IMG/VR virus record: IMGVR_UViG_2563366960_000005
Location: 1-12,396 of that record
DNA length: 12,396 nucleotides
Direction: 5' to 3' (one strand)
DNA from: a virus
Lineage: Duplodnaviria > Heunggongvirae > Uroviricota > Caudoviricetes
Position 1 is the stretch's first letter; the number at the start of each line of letters is the position of its first letter. Of the stretch, positions 9,094 through 12,396 are shown in pieces. Below the pieces are notes generated by a model, which saw only the letters and a program-made list of their open reading frames with translations, made no database searches and was not told the origin of the DNA. A program made the translations under genes and the position numbers.

Positions 9094-9864
9094 ATGCATC
9101 GCATAGACACGAAAACCGCGCAGAAGGATAAGTTCGGCGCGGGTAAGAACGGTTTTACCCGTGGCAACCCCCAGACCGGCACGCCTGCCACCGATCTGGA
9201 TGATGACTACTTTGACATGTTGCAGGAAGAGCTTTGTAGCGTGGTGGAGGCATCCGGTGCCAGCCTGGAGAAGGAGAGGCACGACCAGCTGCTTACCGCG
9301 CTTCGTGCGCTGCTGTTAAGTCGCAAAAATCCGTTTGGCGATATCAAATCGGATGGCACGGTGAAAACGGCTCTCGAAAACCTTGGTTTGGGAGAAGGCT
9401 CTGCATTACCTGTTGGTGTCCCTGTTCCGTGGCCTTCAGCCACTCCGCCAACAGGCTGGCTGAAATGCAACGGAGCAGCTTTTTCTGCTGAAGAATACCC
9501 GGAACTGGCAAAGGCTTACCCGACAAATAAATTGCCAGATTTACGTGGTGAGTTTATTCGTGGCTGGGATGACGGGCGTGGTATTGATGCTGGACGTGCT
9601 TTATTGAGCCTTCAGGCTGGGATGCTGGAAAAACACCGCCATATTGTTGTTGCCAATGATGGTTACGACACAAAAGATGAATGGGAACTGGCTACGATTT
9701 TCAAAAAAACATACACACAAGGACGGGGACTTGATGCCACAAATACAGGAGGGAGTCTGATCCCATCACCGACACTTCATTCACGAGGGAGTATCGGTAA
9801 TACTGGCGGGAGTGAGACCCGTCCACGAAATATTGCATTTAACTTTATCGTGAGGGCTGCATAA
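9094..9864 (+). CDS. Tail fiber protein: constant N-terminal part (to about 9384) plus variable C-terminal part in the current orientation
   Basis: 256-aa ORF with a GGAG ribosome-binding site at 9084-9087. The C-terminal half has a tail-collar-like motif ([23 protein letters not shown]...[19 protein letters not shown]). A hix/gix-like crossover site lies inside the ORF at 9371-9396, spanning the codons for ENLGLGE. Confidence 0.75.
   Translation: MHRIDTKTAQKDKFGAGKNGFTRGNPQTGTPATDLDDDYFDMLQEELCSVVEASGASLEKERHDQLLTALRALLLSRKNPFGDIKSDGTVKTALENLGLGEGSALPVGVPVPWPSATPPTGWLKCNGAAFSAEEYPELAKAYPTNKLPDLRGEFIRGWDDGRGIDAGRALLSLQAGMLEKHRHIVVANDGYDTKDEWELATIFKKTYTQGRGLDATNTGGSLIPSPTLHSRGSIGNTGGSETRPRNIAFNFIVRAA
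9371..9396 (+). promoter_or_regulatory. hix/gix-like invertase crossover site, left (CTCTCGAAAACC-TT-GGTTTGGGAGAA)
   Basis: 26-bp imperfect palindrome resembling Hin/Gin recombination sites as I recall them (TTCTTGAAAACC AA GGTTTTTGATAA). It shares a 15-bp identity (TTGGTTTGGGAGAAG) in inverted orientation with the site at 11219-11244. Confidence 0.55.
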
Positions 9865-10466
9865 TGGATAACGCAGTATTAAATAGCGAGTTTATTGCCA
9901 CGAAGGCGGGGAATATTACCGTCTATAACTACGATGGTGAAACTCGGGAATATATTTCTGCATCAACTGAATATCTTGCAGTGGGTGTCGGTATTCCAGC
10001 ATATTCCTGTTTAGACGCTCCTGGTACATATAAGGCTGGTTATACAATTTGCCGTTCTGTAGATTTAAATTCATGGGAATATGTGCCAGACCATCGCGGT
10101 GAAATCGTCTATAACACCGAAACGGGAGATGCCAAAGAAATCACAGCACCGGGTGATTACCCCGAAAATACAACCACTATCGCCCCATTAACGCCATACG
10201 ATAAATGGGATGGTGAGAAATGGGTGACCGATACTGAGGCACAGCATAGCGCCGCAGTAGACGCGGCAGAAGCACAGCGTCAGTCACTGATTGATGCTGC
10301 AATGGCTTCCATCAGTCTGATTCAGCTGAAATTACAGGCCGGACGGAAGTTGATGCAGGCAGAAACAACCCGGCTTAACGCTGTGCTGGATTACATTGAC
10401 GCGGTGACGGCAACAAATACCAGCACAGCGCCGGATGTCATCTGGCCTGAACTGCCGGAGGCGTAG
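9864..10466 (+). CDS. Tail fiber assembly chaperone (Mu U / Tfa-like)
   Basis: 200-aa ORF with a TAATG overlap to the fiber gene. Its C-terminal motif ...LDYIDAVTATNTSTAPDVIWPELPEA is shared with the convergent paralogue. Confidence 0.7.
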   Translation: MDNAVLNSEFIATKAGNITVYNYDGETREYISASTEYLAVGVGIPAYSCLDAPGTYKAGYTICRSVDLNSWEYVPDHRGEIVYNTETGDAKEITAPGDYPENTTTIAPLTPYDKWDGEKWVTDTEAQHSAAVDAAEAQRQSLIDAAMASISLIQLKLQAGRKLMQAETTRLNAVLDYIDAVTATNTSTAPDVIWPELPEA

Positions 10467-10881
10467 GCCATTCAATATCTGGCGCCCCGGAAGTATCGAC
10501 CAGTTCCAGTGCGTCCAGATAATCCAGCCACAAATTATATTGCGCCAGCTCGTCCCCCTTCAGGCGACCAATAGCTGCTTTACCAGGCCATTGCCTACTG
10601 TTCATGTATTCGTTGGCATGGTTAATCAATAATTGCCTCTCTGATTCGGCCTGTTCAATAAGTTCCTCATGTGATGGTGGAGGTATTTCAGCCCATGTGG
10701 GAAAACCATTTTCCCCTGCAACTCGGATTTTCCCTTGTGGCGGTTCCGCCATATATTTTACAGAAATGTCATCAGGAATATCTAATGCATCAGCAGGCCA
10801 TGTTCCATTTACTTCATAAGTGTTTTTTAAATTAACAGCATAAAAAGCATTTTCCGAAGGGGAATAAATATATTGATTCAT
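10438..10881 (-). CDS. Alternative tail fiber assembly chaperone (U'-like)
   Basis: 147-aa minus-strand ORF whose 3' end overlaps the 3' end of the + strand chaperone. Its C-terminus ...LDYLDALELVDTSGAPDIEWPTPP parallels the U-like C-terminus. It starts 1 nt after the stop of the alternative fiber segment. Confidence 0.7.
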   Translation of the reverse strand: MNQYIYSPSENAFYAVNLKNTYEVNGTWPADALDIPDDISVKYMAEPPQGKIRVAGENGFPTWAEIPPPSHEELIEQAESERQLLINHANEYMNSRQWPGKAAIGRLKGDELAQYNLWLDYLDALELVDTSGAPDIEWPTPPAVQAR

Positions 10882-10882
10882 A

Positions 10883-11232
10883 TTATCTTCCTATTGCGAT
10901 AATCATAGTTCCATACAAACCATTTCCGGTTGATACTTTTAAAGTTACTGATGTCCTTGTTGTCGTGTACCCCATAAGTTTAAAGGTCGGAGCAGCCGTT
11001 AATGAGCCATCTGACCATAAGGCACTAACAGCTAGTGCGCCTGAAGGAAATGCAATAGGGAAATTACCTGTAGTTCCGTTAGTGTCCGCCCCATAAACAT
11101 TCATCGAAAACATTTGGACAATATGACCACTTGGTAACTGAAACCAGTTTTTGCCAGATGGAAATGCAGACATATCTGGTATCTGATTTTCCCCTGTTCC
11201 CACATTCCGTTTTGCCGCTTCTCCCAAACCAA
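10883..11232 (-). CDS. Alternative tail fiber C-terminal segment (Sv'-like); has no start of its own and would be expressed only after inversion fuses it to the constant N-terminus
   Basis: Minus-strand frame open from the crossover site at 11219-11244 to the TAA at 10883-10885. Next to the crossover it encodes ...GLGE, identical to the residues encoded at the other crossover site in the + strand fiber gene. Confidence 0.6.
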
Positions 11233-11244
11233 CGTTTATGAAAA
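11219..11244 (+). promoter_or_regulatory. hix/gix-like invertase crossover site, right (TTCTCCCAAACC-AA-CGTTTATGAAAA)
   Basis: Inverted copy of the half-site plus core of the 9371-9396 site. It lies about 55 bp upstream of the invertase ATG, the canonical position for such sites. Confidence 0.55.
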
Positions 11245-11298
11245 TGCAGAAATAACGAGCAAATGGCATCATTCCTGCTTTTGCCAGGGGGAGCTACC

Positions 11299-11526
11299 AT
11301 GCTTATTGGGTATGTACGCGTATCAACAAATGACCGGAACACCGCTCTGCAACGTAATTCGTTGAACTGTGCAGAATGTGAGTTGATTTTGAAGATAAAA
11401 TCAGTGGCACAAAGTTCAATAAAAAATATACCTGACACATTATACGAAGAAGATTTTATGGTTTTTTCTGTTGATTTTTTAACATGGCTGCATGGATACA
11501 GATATGACGAAGGTAATGTAGAGTAG
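11299..11526 (+). pseudogene. Truncated serine DNA invertase (Gin/Pin/Hin family); only about 31 N-terminal codons are retained
   Basis: ATG at 11299 with a GGGGGAG ribosome-binding site at 11286-11292. The encoded MLIGYVRVSTNDRNTALQRNSLNCAECELI matches the invertase N-terminus including the catalytic-serine region. Homology ends at about 11390; the frame then continues through AT-rich unrelated sequence to the TAG at 11524-11526, giving roughly 75 aa instead of the roughly 190 aa expected. Confidence 0.6.
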
Positions 11527-11538
11527 TAAGAACATAAA

Positions 11539-11561
11539 TAGGCTGACAAAAGTTCAGCCTA
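11539..11561. terminator. Hairpin between convergent genes, possible bidirectional terminator
   Basis: TAGGCTGA (11539-11546), loop CAAAAGT, TCAGCCTA (11554-11561). On the minus strand it is followed by TTTATGTT, 14 nt after the stop of the 273-aa gene. The T tract is weak on both strands. Confidence 0.3.
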
Positions 11562-11574
11562 CAGTCTTTTCATC

Positions 11575-12396
11575 TTATCTTACAGCTGGTGTTTGAGGTG
11601 GCTTCGTTTTCGTTTTTTTCACGCCCTTGTTTTTTACTATTTCCAGTGCCCTTTTCTGAAGGTCTACTCCTGATGGATAGAGCACGTTGAGAATGTGCTC
11701 AGTCAGTCGGTACGCATCAAACAGATCACTTTGAGTTAAACCTGATGCTGCGTGACTCCCTTCATTACCTAACCACTTAACAGCAAATAAAAGTCCATCT
11801 AACTTTCCAAATGTTTTTTTTCTATGTGCAGCTATGGTAATTCGTTCATGAAGAGACATGAGGCACCGCTCGCGCTTGGACTTACCCTTCCGCTTAATTA
11901 ATTTGTATTTTGGTATATTGTATTCAGATAAAAGATTCTCTATTGCCATTCTAACCTTGTTTGCTGCTGAGCTTGGCGAAAGTAGTGTCAGTGAAAATGC
12001 TTCTTGCAAATTCTCATATACTTCAGATGGACATGTTGTGGGGATATCTATGTACTGTAGCGGAGGGATAAATACTTTGGGGATGTAATAGCTAAAGTAC
12101 TCCTGTATCTGTTCATCTCGATCATTTACAGTAATATCCATCTCAACATAACCAGTGCCTGAGCAGACGACAACTTCCTCGCATTCATGATTTTCGCATA
12201 CCAGAACCGCAGTAAAAACCTCTTTAATCAGTTCTGTATCGGAGCCGAGAATCTCAATAAGATTATGTGATTCACTAGTTACCTTTGCATAAAATTTTTC
12301 TTTATTTAATTTCAAACTGCTTCTTCCGCAACTTGGGCACGGGTATGTCACGTAGTCATTTACTTTGAAAGGTTTACCAATTGAAAACTTATCCAT
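11575..12396 (-). CDS. Hypothetical protein with N-terminal Cys-rich putative zinc ribbon and C-terminal DUF4145/HEPN-like region; candidate defence or abortive-infection cargo
   Basis: 273-aa minus-strand ORF in AT-rich DNA; its ATG is the last three bases of the window, so its promoter is outside. Cysteines at C20-x2-C23 and C67-x4-C72 (plus C78). The C-terminal third has SPSSAANKVRMAIENLLSEY ... KWLGNEGSHAAS, resembling the R/K-x-x-G-N-x-x-x-H signature I associate with DUF4145/HEPN-like domains. Ends in a Lys-rich tail. Family assignment is unverified. Confidence 0.55.
   Translation of the reverse strand: MDKFSIGKPFKVNDYVTYPCPSCGRSSLKLNKEKFYAKVTSESHNLIEILGSDTELIKEVFTAVLVCENHECEEVVVCSGTGYVEMDITVNDRDEQIQEYFSYYIPKVFIPPLQYIDIPTTCPSEVYENLQEAFSLTLLSPSSAANKVRMAIENLLSEYNIPKYKLIKRKGKSKRERCLMSLHERITIAAHRKKTFGKLDGLLFAVKWLGNEGSHAASGLTQSDLFDAYRLTEHILNVLYPSGVDLQKRALEIVKNKGVKKTKTKPPQTPAVR

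Larger units (their letters stand above)
9384..11231. other. Invertible tail-fiber host-range segment (G/P-segment-like), about 1.85 kb
   Basis: Bounded by the inverted crossover sites. It contains the variable fiber end plus chaperone on the + strand and the alternative pair on the - strand, convergent with overlapping 3' ends, the architecture of the Mu G segment and the e14 P segment. Confidence 0.55.

Noticed and set aside
11161-11250. Repeated 9-mer AAATGCAGA at 11162-11170 and 11242-11250
   Set aside because: Too short to be significant on its own. It could be chance or part of accessory sequence around the crossover site, and there is no supporting structure.
11263-11298. Twelve extra N-terminal codons (MASFLLLPGGAT) on the invertase-remnant ORF
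   Set aside because: Invertase homology starts at the Met at 11299, which has a ribosome-binding site at the right distance. The ATG at 11263 lies immediately downstream of the crossover site and is unlikely to be the real start.
11380-11400. Possible insertion-sequence element or transposon end at the invertase breakpoint
   Set aside because: No terminal inverted repeat, target-site duplication or transposase ORF is visible in the ~1 kb of inserted DNA inside the window. The mechanism of acquisition cannot be determined from here.
11079-11549. Minus-strand 156-aa ORF spanning the crossover site and the invertase N-terminal region
   Set aside because: It overlaps the alternative fiber frame and the invertase remnant and crosses a compositional breakpoint. 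Most likely a chance open frame in AT-rich DNA; no ribosome-binding site or recognisable features.
1-12396. CRISPR arrays, tRNA genes or rRNA genes
   Set aside because: No regularly spaced direct repeats, no cloverleaf-type candidates in intergenic regions, and no rRNA-like sequence were found by eye; nearly all of the window is accounted for by protein-coding frames.

Overview
This window is most of a Mu-like contractile-tail morphogenesis module from an enterobacterial-type prophage or tailocin, all on the + strand with overlapping stop/start codons. In order: tail sheath (3' part), tail tube, a chaperone pair with a -1 frameshift, tape measure, DNA-circularization (gpN-like), gpP-like hub, gpV-like spike, gp46-like, baseplate J-like, gp48-like, tail fiber and fiber-assembly chaperone. 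The fiber locus is a G/P-segment-type invertible host-range switch: a convergent alternative fiber-end/chaperone pair sits between two inverted hix/gix-like crossover sites. Three things stand out. (1) The Gin/Pin/Hin-family invertase gene is cut off after about 31 codons and replaced by AT-rich foreign DNA, which encodes on the opposite strand a 273-aa protein with an N-terminal Cys-rich putative zinc ribbon and a C-terminal DUF4145/HEPN-like motif; this is the best candidate for an undescribed defence or abortive-infection cargo. (2) An AT-rich moron with its own putative promoter and a clear terminator sits between the tape-measure and gpN-like genes and encodes a 176-aa protein with an N-terminal hydrophobic segment. 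(3) The gp46-like baseplate gene carries an in-frame TAG at codon 52. All product names rest on gene order, sizes and motifs recalled from memory; no database search was possible.
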